A stretch of DNA of 64,000 nucleotides from Ignavibacteriota bacterium (GCA_963787835.1 CAWBEI010000004.1:320001-384000), one strand, 5' to 3'; positions 20,635 through 31,058 are shown, numbered from the stretch's first letter. Notes: a model not told the origin generated them from the letters alone. Made by a program: numbers and translations.

Positions 20635-20649
20635 CGTTGGTTCTATCCA

Positions 20650-22217
20650 ATGAGAGTCGCCGCTGTAGATATTGGTTCGAATTCGATCAAGTTGCTCGTT
20701 GCGGAGACGGCTGCGAACGGTGCTCTATTGCCGCTCCGCAGAGAAAAATCTATGGTTCGTCTCGGTCATGAAACGCTGCTTAAAGGACATCTTTCGAGCG
20801 AGGCGATTGTCCAGGCCATTCGGACACTGAGTGTCTTTAAGACGCTCGCTCAAAATCTCGGAGCCGAGCAGATCATTGCCGTTGCGACGGCTTCCGTGCG
20901 TGAAGCAGACAATGCGCAAGCCTTTATTCGGGAAGTGGAGAGCCGCACAGGCATTCGTATTGAGGTGCTTTCTGGAATTGAGGAGGCAAGATTGATCGGG
21001 GTAGCGGCCGCTCGTGCAAGCGCCGTCAAGCCTCAATCACAAGGAAAAAGTCTTTTAAATATCGATGTTGGTGGTGGCTCGACCGAATTATCGTTGATGC
21101 GAGGCTCTAAGGCCATTAAGCTCGAATCGATGAAGATCGGGGCGGTACGGTTGTCAGAACAGTTTCTCAGTTCCGATCCACCGAAGCCGAAGGAACTTCT
21201 CGCAATGCAACGGGAGATCGAGGGTGCGCTCGAACGCCCCATGCGGGAAATGAAAGGTGAAAAATGGGGCATGGTCACCGGGACTTCTGGAACTATCCTT
21301 TCGATCGGAGCGGCCTTTCAATCCCTGGCGTACCCGGATAATGAATCGATCCCGGATGCGCGTGCCTCGCGCCAACTGCCAACCGTTACGATGACCCGAA
21401 GTGCTCTTTCCGAATTCAATCAGCATTTGGCCTCGCTTTCGCTTGCGGAGCGCAAGAAAATTCGTGGTATTTCGGAGCAGCGTGCCGAGATCATCGTGGC
21501 CGGCGGCAGATCATCGAACAGATCATGCATGCTTTCAAGATCGCTCGGATCACCACCTGCGATTGGGGCCTTCGCGAAGGAGTATTGCTCGATCGGCTTT
21601 CCGAGTGGAACGGAGTTCGCGCCACACGATCCAAGGAACTGGATGCGCGTCTTGCAGGGGCTGAGGCGTTAGGTGAGCGATTTGGCTACGAGGCTACGCA
21701 TGGAAAGCATGTCTCGAAGTTAGCGACAGAGCTCTTCGATCAAATACGATCCTTACATGGCCTGAAGCTCCATGACCGCACCTTGTTGGCCGCTGCTTCG
21801 ATCCTTCATGATATTGGTTATGCCATCTCGCCGGAATCGCATCACAAGCACTCACTGTACCTTATCCAGAACTCCGAATTGACGGGGTTCACAGATCTTG
21901 AACGGCAGGTCATTGCGAATATTGCGCGCTATCATCGTCGTGCCTTTCCAAAGCCAACGCATGACTCATTCAATAGTCTGAGCTTAGAAGATCAGAGCCG
22001 GGTCTGGATGTTGGGAGGTATTCTTCGTTTGGCGGACGCGATGGACCGTAGCCATGAATCGCGCATCAAAAATTTTAAGGCTGTGCTCCGCGCCGGTAAT
22101 ATCCGTCTCGCACTTCATAGTTCCAGACGGTGCGATCATGAAATATGGGCCATCGAACATAAGAAGGATATGTTCGAGGAAGCCTTCGGAGTAACTGTTC
22201 AATTGGTTACCGACTAA
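20650..22217 (+). CDS. ppx: Ppx/GppA exopolyphosphatase with C-terminal HD domain; frame break near 21507
   Basis: AAVDIGSNS, ATASVREA, EEARL, DVGGGSTE, GLREG, LHDIG, HHKHS, ARYHRR, LRLADAMD; adding one G (ggcgg[g]cag) joins the two ORFs. Confidence 0.92.
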
Positions 22218-22567
22218 GTATGTGTTCTCGCCTTCTTTTGTGCTACCACCCAGAGCCAAACCCCCGAACCTGCAAAAACGAATGACATCAGGCCGATACC
22301 AAGGAATCCAATAAGAGTATAGATCACATTTTGGAGTCCTGTAACATGGCTGCCACCTGACATATTGGAGAACGGTAGCAGCCCCGGAGAAAAATCATCC
22401 ACCCACTTCTGGGTTGTCACCGTAGTGCCGAACAGCTCGTCAGTAGTTTTTACCTCTACCATGGTTTGAGTTGTGGTCCAAAAATGATGGCCGATCGCAA
22501 ACCACCAAATGAGCAGAGCCGCAGCGATCGCAATGAAGAGAAAAGAGAGGTAGTGTCTGGATGTCAT
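22214..22567 (-). CDS. Hypothetical membrane protein
   Basis: Two TM segments, DELFGT...W..F.PGL motif; downstream of the YceI gene. Confidence 0.7.
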   Translation of the reverse strand: MTSRHYLSFLFIAIAAALLIWWFAIGHHFWTTTQTMVEVKTTDELFGTTVTTQKWVDDFSPGLLPFSNMSGGSHVTGLQNVIYTLIGFLGIGLMSFVFAGSGVWLWVVAQKKARTHT

Positions 22568-22609
22568 CTGGTAGTTGGGGTTCAGGAGTAGAAATAAAGA
22601 AAAATGAGG

Positions 22610-23290
22610 TCACTGGGAACCCTTTGGAAGTGCATTCCCAAAGAGTTGAGCGGTGATCTTAATCGTCTCACCAACTTTGCTTCCGATCGTCCCTTCCTGG
22701 CCGGCGATCTTGAAATCTTTCAGTGAGATATTAAAATCGGCGGATATCATAACAAGGTCTCCGGGCGCTCGTTCGCGCGTTTTTTCACTCTCTGGTAAAT
22801 AGGTCATTTTAAAAGGGATAGACATCTGTTTTGAAACGCCGTGCATCGTAAAATTTCCAGCCACAGTGGCAGTCGCCGTGTTTCCACTGACCGAGATATT
22901 GGACACCGAGGAAATAGTAAAAGAGATTGCCGGATAACGATTGGCATCAAGCCATTCCGGGCTTTTAAGATGATGATCGCGGGTTTCATTGCCCGTCTTC
23001 ATCGTTGAGACTTGCGTCGAGATAGTGCCACGGATGGTGGAGAGATCGCGTGGATCCATCGTGAGGGTACCCGATACCCCTTCACTGGAGCCTTTGGTAT
23101 TTTCGAGTGGGGCCTCGCTTACCCATATAAATTGATTTTTATTGACTTTGTCATTCATCGTAACCAATTTCAGGCCGTTGGTGGATGAAAAACCTTGAGC
23201 GTAGAGAGTTCCTGCGGTAAGAGCAAATAGAACCGCAAGGAGGGAAACGGTCTGAAGTGTGGTTGATTTTAAGAATCGCATTGTTTTCAT
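22610..23290 (-). CDS. YceI-family lipid/polyisoprenoid-binding protein
   Basis: Signal peptide; TGNETRDHHLKSPEWLDANRYPAISF, GNFTMHGVSK. Confidence 0.9.
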   Translation of the reverse strand: MKTMRFLKSTTLQTVSLLAVLFALTAGTLYAQGFSSTNGLKLVTMNDKVNKNQFIWVSEAPLENTKGSSEGVSGTLTMDPRDLSTIRGTISTQVSTMKTGNETRDHHLKSPEWLDANRYPAISFTISSVSNISVSGNTATATVAGNFTMHGVSKQMSIPFKMTYLPESEKTRERAPGDLVMISADFNISLKDFKIAGQEGTIGSKVGETIKITAQLFGNALPKGSQ

Positions 23291-23539
23291 TGTAGTTAGT
23301 GTCTCGAACATTAATAAAGACGCTAAATGCATCGTAGCAATTACAAACCGGGTCGATTTTTCGAACTTTTGACCGGTGAGGTCAAAAATACCCGTTGCAA
23401 CATATATTATAACGCTCTTTGAGCGTCGTTGTAACAAAGAAATTAATTATTAGGGATTAATGAGGATCTTCCAAGTTTTTTCTTGACGCAACGACACTAA
23501 TTAAAAATTGTTATTGAAACCAACTTACTCAATTATTTA

Positions 23540-23926
23540 GTGGAATTCAAACATCTATTTACGCTCGAAGAAGCGCAGGCCGTTCTACCGGATGTCCGAC
23601 AGATGCTTTCGGAATTAGTCGAACTCAAGACCGAATGTGACCGAAAGGGCTACGACGTTCATCGTCATCAATACTTCGGTGGTATGGGTCCGAACGGCCA
23701 AAAGGCATTCCCGACGGAGATGGAAAAACTTGCCGGAATTGCAGAGCAATTGAACGAGATGGGTATCGAGATCAAGGATCTTGATAAAGGTCTGATCGAT
23801 TTTCCATATCGCAGAGCGAATGGCAAAGTTGTTTTCTTGTGCTATCTTCTTGGCGAGCCAGCCATTGTAGCGTGGCACACGGTCGAAGGAGGTTTCGCAG
23901 CGAGAAGAAGCTTAGATACACTTTAA
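23540..23926 (+). CDS. DUF2203-family protein
   Basis: FTLEEAQAVLP, GIEIKDLDKGLIDFP, LCYLLGE..WH..GGFAARR. Confidence 0.85.
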   Translation: MEFKHLFTLEEAQAVLPDVRQMLSELVELKTECDRKGYDVHRHQYFGGMGPNGQKAFPTEMEKLAGIAEQLNEMGIEIKDLDKGLIDFPYRRANGKVVFLCYLLGEPAIVAWHTVEGGFAARRSLDTL

Positions 23927-23962
23927 TTCATAGTCACTTTCATTCTTTAACCGAAAGAAATA

Positions 23963-24823
23963 ATGAGAACAAGAAACGTTGATGGTCGAAACGGGCGAGC
24001 GCTGGAATTTGCCATGTGTCTTATTACACTGAGTGTCTATTGTGGTTGCAGCAAGCCTGAGCTGGGTGCGCCGAATATTGATTCTGGTGCGAAAAACGCC
24101 GTTGTTGACTCTGCGAAGCAAGCCCCAGCTCAACCATCTACAAGCAGTATGAGTAACTTAGCACTTATTGGACAAAAGATATTTTATAGCACAACGTATG
24201 GGAAAATCAAAGATGCGTGTGCTTCTTGTCACGTTGACGGCGAGCCTGCTACGAAGGATGCTCGCTTGCGGCCGGGACATTCCCTCGTGGGCGTTACCAG
24301 CCGCACCACTACCTGGAATGGGGCATTTAAAGGCGAGGGACTCGTAAAAAATGCTTATGGCGCTACGATGTGTGCCGTGATGTATGAGCATAGGGGCGAT
24401 GATCTTGCCACGGTCATTCCCAAAAGTGATATTGAGGCATTGAATGCTTATTTCGATGCTATAAAGAACAATCCTGGACCTATCACCAGTGACCTGAAGA
24501 TCCTTTGGGTAACGAAACCTGCTATTCATGAAGAAGATAACATCGACGAGCAAGCGGCAACAGCGGCCGCTAAAAAGATCATGATGCTACCCGGCGACCC
24601 CGTTGTGGGCAAGAATGTGTTTATACGCTCCTGCCAATACTGCCACGAAATGAACGAGAAGAAAGTTGGGCCAGCTATGGCAAAAGAAATGGATGACCCG
24701 CGTGCGGCGGCTAAGTCGGTTCGCTGTGGTTCCGGAGCTATGCCGTTCTACACCAGCGACATTTTATCCGATCAACAGATCGCGGATGCCATTGCCTACG
24801 TTCAGCAGCAACTCGGGAAATAG
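23963..24823 (+). CDS. Di-heme cytochrome c lipoprotein
   Basis: Lipobox-like VYCG-C; two CXXCH motifs (CASCH, CQYCH); distal GAMP. Confidence 0.85.
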   Translation: MRTRNVDGRNGRALEFAMCLITLSVYCGCSKPELGAPNIDSGAKNAVVDSAKQAPAQPSTSSMSNLALIGQKIFYSTTYGKIKDACASCHVDGEPATKDARLRPGHSLVGVTSRTTTWNGAFKGEGLVKNAYGATMCAVMYEHRGDDLATVIPKSDIEALNAYFDAIKNNPGPITSDLKILWVTKPAIHEEDNIDEQAATAAAKKIMMLPGDPVVGKNVFIRSCQYCHEMNEKKVGPAMAKEMDDPRAAAKSVRCGSGAMPFYTSDILSDQQIADAIAYVQQQLGK

Positions 24824-24844
24824 GTATCAGGATGGGATTTTAAT

Positions 24845-25576
24845 TTAATCGACAGTAAATTCCAGCCGAACAGTGATCGAGGCGGTCTTCGCCTTTGAGG
24901 AAGTATTGAATGCGCCACCGCCAGAGAATTCTTCATTTGAGTTCTGCCCAGTGATCTGGAAAATTCCCATTGTCGCGTTCTGAAGTTTTCCTAATTTAGC
25001 GCCGGAATTCTGTGCGATCTTTTCTGCGCGATTCCGGGCATCTGCCGTTGCGGCAGCAAGCATTCGGATCTTCAGGTCGGAAAGTTTGGTGTAATAATAG
25101 GAAGGCTGCATCGAATAGAGTTCAACATCCTGGTTGATCAACTCCGTAACTTCACGGGAGATCTGTTCGATCTTATCGACTTCGCTGGATTGTATCTTCA
25201 CCGTCTGGGTAAGTTCGTAGCCGTCAAATATCTCCTCGTGTGTTTTATTATCGGCGCTGAAAACCATCTTCATTTTTTTGTTGATACTCACCGAGCCAAA
25301 AACGATCTCCTCGGGTTTCACACCCTTAGAAAGGAGATATTGTCGAACGATCTCCGCATCTCGTTTTACCTTGGAGTATGCATCTTTCAATTCCATTTCC
25401 TTTTCTGTGAACCATCCGTCCCAGACGATCACGTCGGACGTGAAATTTTCATTCGCAAGACCGGTAACAGTGATCGACTCATGCGTGGGGTGGGATTTTT
25501 TCCAAGCCCCACTAAGAAACATCGCGGACAGCACGATAGCCAGCGAAAATATGATCGCATTACTATAGGATTTCAT
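24845..25576 (-). CDS. SIMPL-domain (DUF541) periplasmic protein
   Basis: ITVTGLA, YYYTKLSDLK..ATADARNRAEKIA, GIFQITG, K.ASITVRLEF. Confidence 0.88.
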   Translation of the reverse strand: MKSYSNAIIFSLAIVLSAMFLSGAWKKSHPTHESITVTGLANENFTSDVIVWDGWFTEKEMELKDAYSKVKRDAEIVRQYLLSKGVKPEEIVFGSVSINKKMKMVFSADNKTHEEIFDGYELTQTVKIQSSEVDKIEQISREVTELINQDVELYSMQPSYYYTKLSDLKIRMLAAATADARNRAEKIAQNSGAKLGKLQNATMGIFQITGQNSNEEFSGGGAFNTSSKAKTASITVRLEFTVD

Positions 25577-25677
25577 GTTCACTCCAATGTTTTACGAATG
25601 AAATAGCTAAATTTGAAAACAGACTTTCACATATTTCCGTTTTAAAGGAGTTAGCACAATAGCCTCGTGCTCCGAAT

Positions 25678-27084
25678 CTAAAACTTTATTATCACATCTG
25701 CCCGTGGTGAGATGACGGTTTGCGTATGCAAATGTCCAGCGTTATCCACAGCGAAGGACCACTGGAAGTCTCCGATCAGCAGCAGCCATTTCCATGGTTT
25801 ATAAGTGATCTCGCCGATCATGATGGAGCGGTCATCGAGCGCGAAAAGATCTTCTACGCCATTGATCTCTTCGCGTGTGTAGATCAGGCGAAAATAGACG
25901 TTGTATGGAAGGTGCGGAAACACGACCTCGAGCTGCATCCAGTCCTGTCCCCTCAGATTATCGAGATGAAGGTAGCTTCCTTCAAATTGAAATTTGTCGT
26001 AGAGATTGACCATCGCTCCCGCTTTGAATCCATTTCCGTTTCCGCCTTCACTATCGTCGAGCGTCGTTAGTTTTGTAATATAATCGTATGGGCTGGCCTG
26101 GTCGTCGAATCGATCACGTTCGTAAAAGGTATTGTAATAGCTTGGCAAAAATTGACCTCGATACAGATCTCGTTCTGCCCTCAGATCGAGCAGGACGGAA
26201 TCCGTCAGCTCAAATGCCGTTCGTGCGCCGATCATGACTCCGTGGCTGAACTCTGGGAATGTAACATAATCCCCATAAACGCGACCCTCCGTTTTCTTTG
26301 ATTGCCAGAGCAGCGAAGAAATATCCGCGCCGAAGGTCTTTAGTGGTAACGGGAGGCGCGCGGAATCAGCATTCACTTGGTCGATGGTGTCCGTCGGATT
26401 TGCGGGATCAATGACACGCGTAACATACGGTGGATGATTCGGGATGATAAGTCCGGCACTGGTATCGAAATCGAATGCACCCGTAACCCCGATCTGGATA
26501 TTGCTTAGGAACCAATTGCTGGCAAGGATCGGAACGATTTGAAATGGCCGGGCGAATGGCCGTAAAGCAATGAGGCCGGGATGGAAGAAATCACTATTGA
26601 GAGCCTCCGCGCCTATAAAGCCGAGATCGAGACGTGCCTGACCACCAAAACGGCGATCGTCATACGAAGAATTATTCCAGTAATTACTGATGATCGTTCC
26701 ATTCCCTATGGAGGCAGATTCCAAGCCGCCCAGCCGCATATAAAAATCACCGTGCGGATGTCCATAGCTGATATAATTGAGCCAGCGGACATAATCATAG
26801 GTGTTATCCCAATCCTGTTTCCGAAATTGGCCATTCGTCCCGATAAGAATGTCGCCATCGATGCCAAGCTGCCAATCTTTATACTGCACTTGCGGCGCGA
26901 CGTGCAGCAGAAAATAGGGTGTCCCGTCGATAATGGTGGTTCCGGCACCAAGGGCAAGACCACGGTATGCCTCTGCGGGAGATTGATCCAAATGCAAACG
27001 ATCTTCGAGCGATTGGGCAAATACACTCGAAGCTGGAATCAACAGTAAGCCGAAAACAAATAGATTTTTTCGGTACGCAAACAT
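25678..27084 (-). CDS. Hypothetical outer-membrane protein
   Basis: Signal peptide (VFA-Q), amphipathic beta-strands, C-terminal Phe (ADVIIKF). Confidence 0.7.
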   Translation of the reverse strand: MFAYRKNLFVFGLLLIPASSVFAQSLEDRLHLDQSPAEAYRGLALGAGTTIIDGTPYFLLHVAPQVQYKDWQLGIDGDILIGTNGQFRKQDWDNTYDYVRWLNYISYGHPHGDFYMRLGGLESASIGNGTIISNYWNNSSYDDRRFGGQARLDLGFIGAEALNSDFFHPGLIALRPFARPFQIVPILASNWFLSNIQIGVTGAFDFDTSAGLIIPNHPPYVTRVIDPANPTDTIDQVNADSARLPLPLKTFGADISSLLWQSKKTEGRVYGDYVTFPEFSHGVMIGARTAFELTDSVLLDLRAERDLYRGQFLPSYYNTFYERDRFDDQASPYDYITKLTTLDDSEGGNGNGFKAGAMVNLYDKFQFEGSYLHLDNLRGQDWMQLEVVFPHLPYNVYFRLIYTREEINGVEDLFALDDRSIMIGEITYKPWKWLLLIGDFQWSFAVDNAGHLHTQTVISPRADVIIKF

Positions 27085-27099
27085 GAAACTAACCGGATG

Positions 27100-27645
27100 C
27101 TATGGAAAGAGCCATTTTACTAAGATCACACTCATAATAAGCGCAATAACGTCCGAAAAGATGCCCGCGAGGGGAGCATGCCGTGTACGGCGTATATTCA
27201 CGGAGCCAAAATACACGGCAAGCACGTAAAATGTCGTTTCATGGCTTCCCATCATCGCTCCGGAAAGCCGCCCCATAAAGCTATCGGGGCCGTGGGTCTT
27301 CATAATATCGGTCATCAGGCCAAGTGAGCCGGAACCGGATAAATTGCGGATGATGGCAAGTGGCATCAGTTCGCTCGGGAACCCCAACGCATTCGTTACC
27401 GGGCTGATCGCGGTTGTGAGAAGATCCATTGCGCCCGATGCGCGGAACATCCCGATGGCAACGAGCATCGCCACAAGATATGGGATAATGCGAACCGCCG
27501 TGGTAAATCCATCTTTCGCACCCTCTATAAATTCCTCATAGACCTTTACTTTACGAATGGCAGCAACGGCCACGACCGTAAATATAATAAGCGGTATTGC
27601 AGCGCTCGAAAGAATTTTGGTAATGATGATAAAGGGACTTTCCAT
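27100..27645 (-). CDS. spmB: Spore maturation protein B-like (nucleoside-recognition/Gate domain)
   Basis: KVYEEFIEGAKDGF..IIPYLVAML, R.LSGSG, ETTFYVLAVYFGSV. Confidence 0.92.
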   Translation of the reverse strand: MESPFIIITKILSSAAIPLIIFTVVAVAAIRKVKVYEEFIEGAKDGFTTAVRIIPYLVAMLVAIGMFRASGAMDLLTTAISPVTNALGFPSELMPLAIIRNLSGSGSLGLMTDIMKTHGPDSFMGRLSGAMMGSHETTFYVLAVYFGSVNIRRTRHAPLAGIFSDVIALIMSVILVKWLFP

Positions 27646-28650
27646 TTAGGTCGTTGCCGTCCCTTCCATCCTTTTAATAGGAAAGAATCGTTGGATAAAT
27701 CTTGTAAATAAAACCCCAAGAATTAAACTGACGAACGTTGCCAAAAACGTTGGCATGATAATATCCGTTGGATTGGTAGAGCCAAGCGTAAGGCGAATAG
27801 CAATGACCGTTGCGGGCACAAGCGTAAGTGCCGTCGTATTGATCGTGAGGAACATGCACATCGAATTCGTTGCTGTTCCCGCTACGGGATTCAGCTTGTT
27901 TAATTCTTCCATCGCTTTCAATCCGAGCGGTGTGGCAGCATTGGAAAGCCCGAGGAAATTCGCTGCCATGTTCATCACCATCGCGCCCATCGCAGGATGA
28001 TCGGGCGGGACATCCGGGAACACTCGTATCATAATCGGCCTAACGATTCTCGCAAGCAAAAGGACAAGTCCAGCCGCTTCCGCGATCTTCATAATTCCCA
28101 GCCACAGCGCCATGATGCCGATAAGACCTATCGCAAGCGTAACCGCAGTGTCCGCCACTTTCAGGATACCATCGTTCGCTACTTTTGCAAGAACTCGAAA
28201 GTGAACGGTGGGCGGGGTAAAAAATAGCTCCCCCGCCTCTGTAAGAGCAGGGGGCTGGGGGGTAGTGTATTGCCCGATAATTTTCATCGCATCGCCACCG
28301 GCAGTGGCTGCATCCATCATCACTTGCGGAGCATTTGTAGGAAGTGTGATTGTGAGCGCACCCGATCTTACATTCGATTGCGATTGAAGCAGATCGGCAG
28401 TAAAGAAGACTGTATCGCCTTTAACGGACCTTGCTTCATCAGGGCCATAAAACCTAGCGATCTCAGATTTTGTGATAAAAGCCGTCCCAGTAAAGTGATT
28501 CGGCCCAGCAATCTTCAATCCTCCAGGGGCGATATGAAGCGCGATCGGTTCGTTATTTCGGAAACGATTGCTCGTCTCCTCGCTCACGTCACGCCCAACA
28601 GCTACGAAGATAGCAATAGTGATAAGTCCGAGCCAGATGTAATTCAGCAT
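27646..28650 (-). CDS. spmA: Spore maturation protein A-like membrane protein with extra soluble insert
   Basis: MLNYIW, LWLGIMKIAE, FPDVPPDHPAMG, NFLGLSNAATPLGLKAMEEL. Confidence 0.92.
   Translation of the reverse strand: MLNYIWLGLITIAIFVAVGRDVSEETSNRFRNNEPIALHIAPGGLKIAGPNHFTGTAFITKSEIARFYGPDEARSVKGDTVFFTADLLQSQSNVRSGALTITLPTNAPQVMMDAATAGGDAMKIIGQYTTPQPPALTEAGELFFTPPTVHFRVLAKVANDGILKVADTAVTLAIGLIGIMALWLGIMKIAEAAGLVLLLARIVRPIMIRVFPDVPPDHPAMGAMVMNMAANFLGLSNAATPLGLKAMEELNKLNPVAGTATNSMCMFLTINTTALTLVPATVIAIRLTLGSTNPTDIIMPTFLATFVSLILGVLFTRFIQRFFPIKRMEGTATT
28225..28266. repeat. REP-like palindrome copy B, inside the spmA CDS
   Basis: TAGCTCCCCCGCCTCT-GTA-AGAGCAGGGGGCTGGGGGGTAGT; matches copy A flanks; translated in spmA as TTPQPPALTEAGEL. 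Confidence 0.65.
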
Positions 28651-28699
28651 ACTACGAAAATACGCACAATATGGAACGCCCACTTGTTAATGAGTAGAT

Positions 28700-29728
28700 A
28701 TGGCTTTCGATTCCTCAAAATACTCCATGGTAAAAGAAAACGTCGGATTATTCGACGCTTCGAATACTTATGGCCGACTTTTTGCAAAAGGCAAGGATGC
28801 GATCGACCTGCTGCACCGCATGTCCACAAACGATATGAAACCGCTTGAAGAGGCTATACCTCAAGCAGCGATTACGGTACTGACGAATGAAAAGGGGCGA
28901 TTCATCGATGTGCTAAAGGTGGTTCGTGATGGCAAGGGAGATGTTATACTTATCACGAGCAAGGGATTGGAAGAAACCGCCATTCGCTGGCTTGATAAGT
29001 TTACGATTATGGAGGACGCGCGATTTGAGCCTGCGACCGACAAGATCGTGCAATTCCTTATCTGTGGGCCTAATGCAACGGCAGTAGTTAGCCAATATGC
29101 TGGTCAGAATTTGAGAGAAGCCTCACGCGCCAGCGTTTTTGATCTGCAAATTGAGTCCATTCATGCTACGTTGGTAAAAGCTCCGAGCCTTGCTGGGAAT
29201 GGCTGGTTTATTCTAACGGCTTCCGATGCCGCTTCCAAAGTTTGGAGCAAACTTGAAACGGACGTTCTGGTCCATGATGGAGTGATTTTGGATTCCGAGC
29301 TTTTTGAAGTGTTACGAATCGAGAATGGAACCCCGATGGCCCCGAATGAAATAAATGACAAACATAATCCACTGGAACTCAAACTCGCTTCGGAAGCGGT
29401 AAGCTTCACGAAAGGCTGCTACATTGGCCAGGAAGTGATCGCTCGTCTCGACGCGCAAAATAAAGTTCAGCGGCAATTAGTAGGTTTGAAATTCGGAGAT
29501 CAGATGCCGCATGTTGGCGATAGGATCTCGGATGAATCGCTAATTGGAACTCCGCTTGGAGATGAAATTGGGGAAATTACAAGTCTTGCAAGTTCACCTG
29601 CGAACGGTAATATCGGATTGGGTTATGTGCGGGCTAAATATGCGAATCCCGGCACGATTGTTTCCGTAAAAGATAGCAAGGACAATACCGTGCCCGCAAC
29701 ACTCGTTCAATTGCCATTTCATGTCTGA
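28700..29728 (+). CDS. YgfZ/GcvT-family folate-binding protein
   Basis: GKDAIDLLHRMSTND, LTNEKGR, VSFTKGCYIGQEVIAR. Confidence 0.9.
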   Translation: MAFDSSKYSMVKENVGLFDASNTYGRLFAKGKDAIDLLHRMSTNDMKPLEEAIPQAAITVLTNEKGRFIDVLKVVRDGKGDVILITSKGLEETAIRWLDKFTIMEDARFEPATDKIVQFLICGPNATAVVSQYAGQNLREASRASVFDLQIESIHATLVKAPSLAGNGWFILTASDAASKVWSKLETDVLVHDGVILDSELFEVLRIENGTPMAPNEINDKHNPLELKLASEAVSFTKGCYIGQEVIARLDAQNKVQRQLVGLKFGDQMPHVGDRISDESLIGTPLGDEIGEITSLASSPANGNIGLGYVRAKYANPGTIVSVKDSKDNTVPATLVQLPFHV

Positions 29729-30876
29729 TATTCTGGAACTCGATGTAGTAGAAAACCCACTCCTTTTCAAGGAGGGGGAAGGGGGCGGTCTTGTTGCTGA
29801 AACAACTTCTGAAGAAGTGATACGCAGCATTCACTTGTTGAAAGATGAGTTGCGCGACAGGATCGTTATTCTCGGGCACCATTATCAGAGGGACGACATT
29901 ATCCAGTTCGCTGACCGGATGGGCGATTCCTTCGAGCTTTCCCGGTTTGCGTCGGAACTTCACGACCGGGAATTCATCATTTTCTGTGGCGTCCATTTTA
30001 TGGCTGAAACGGCGGACGTTTTGAGCGCGCCGCACCAGAAAGTAATCCTTCCCGACCTCAAAGCTGGTTGCTCGATGAGCGATATGGCCCGTGTGGAGCA
30101 GGTGCTCGATGTGTGGGATGAAATAGGGGGATATATCGATACGAAAAAAGTTTGCCCGATAACGTATATGAATTCCAGTGCCGCGATAAAAGCATTTTGC
30201 GGCGAGCATGGTGGCGCTGTTTCAACAGAGTTCCAACAATCGAGCGATCTTTCAGTGGGCGTTCGATCAGGGATTTGAAAAAGTATTCTTTTTCCCGGAC
30301 CAACATCTGGGGCGAAATACTGCATATTATCAGATGGGAATTCCGTTGGAGGAGATCAAGCTTTACGATCAAACCGCTCCGCTGGGAGGGCTAAGTCCAG
30401 CAGAATTAATAAATGCAAAGATTTTGCTTTGGCGCGGACATTGTTCTGTCCATCAGCATTTTCAGGCTTCGCATCCAAATATCATGCGTGCGCTGTATCC
30501 CGGCATTCAGGTGATGGTGCATCCCGAATGCAATTTCGAAGTGGTTCGGCAAGCCGATAAAGTCGGTTCGACGTCCTACATCATGAAGACGGTGGATACT
30601 GCTCCAGCGGGAAGTAAATGGGCCATTGGAACAGAGCATCATCTTGTTAATAGATTGAAGAAAGACCATCCGGAACAGTTCATTACCACGCTTGCGCCTT
30701 ATGCGTGCGAATGCGCAACTATGTATCGTATCTCGCCCGAATCCCTGCTGGATATTTTGGTGAATTTGAAGCAAGGTATTGTAATAAATCAGATCGTCGT
30801 TTCGGATTCGGAGAAAAAATGGGCGCATGTTGCGCTGGAGCGTATGTTGGAGATAACGAGTCGTGACCGAACATAA
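29721..30876 (+). CDS. nadA: Quinolinate synthase A; frame break near 30225
   Basis: ILGHHYQR, FCGVHFMAETA, AGCSMSDM, TYMNSSA, FFPDQHLGRN, GHCSVH, HPEC, IGTE, CECATM; break lies in the conserved GG.VCTSSN region. Confidence 0.95.
29755..29790. repeat. REP-like palindrome copy C, inside the nadA N-terminus
   Basis: CCCACTCCTT-TTC-AAGGAGGGG-GAAGGGGGCGGTC; translated as NPLLFKEGEGGG. Confidence 0.6.
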
Positions 30877-31058
30877 ACGAGTTTTCATCACCGGAGGCGT
30901 TCATCGCCTGGGTCTTCATATCGTATTCGGTTTTGCAGAGCATGGCGCAGTGCTCTGGCTTAACTATAATCATGCCACCGAGCGCAAATGAATTCTAAGT
31001 TTCGTTCGTTACAAAATACAGTATAACACTTTAGCACTCAGCACTTTAGTATTTCCTC

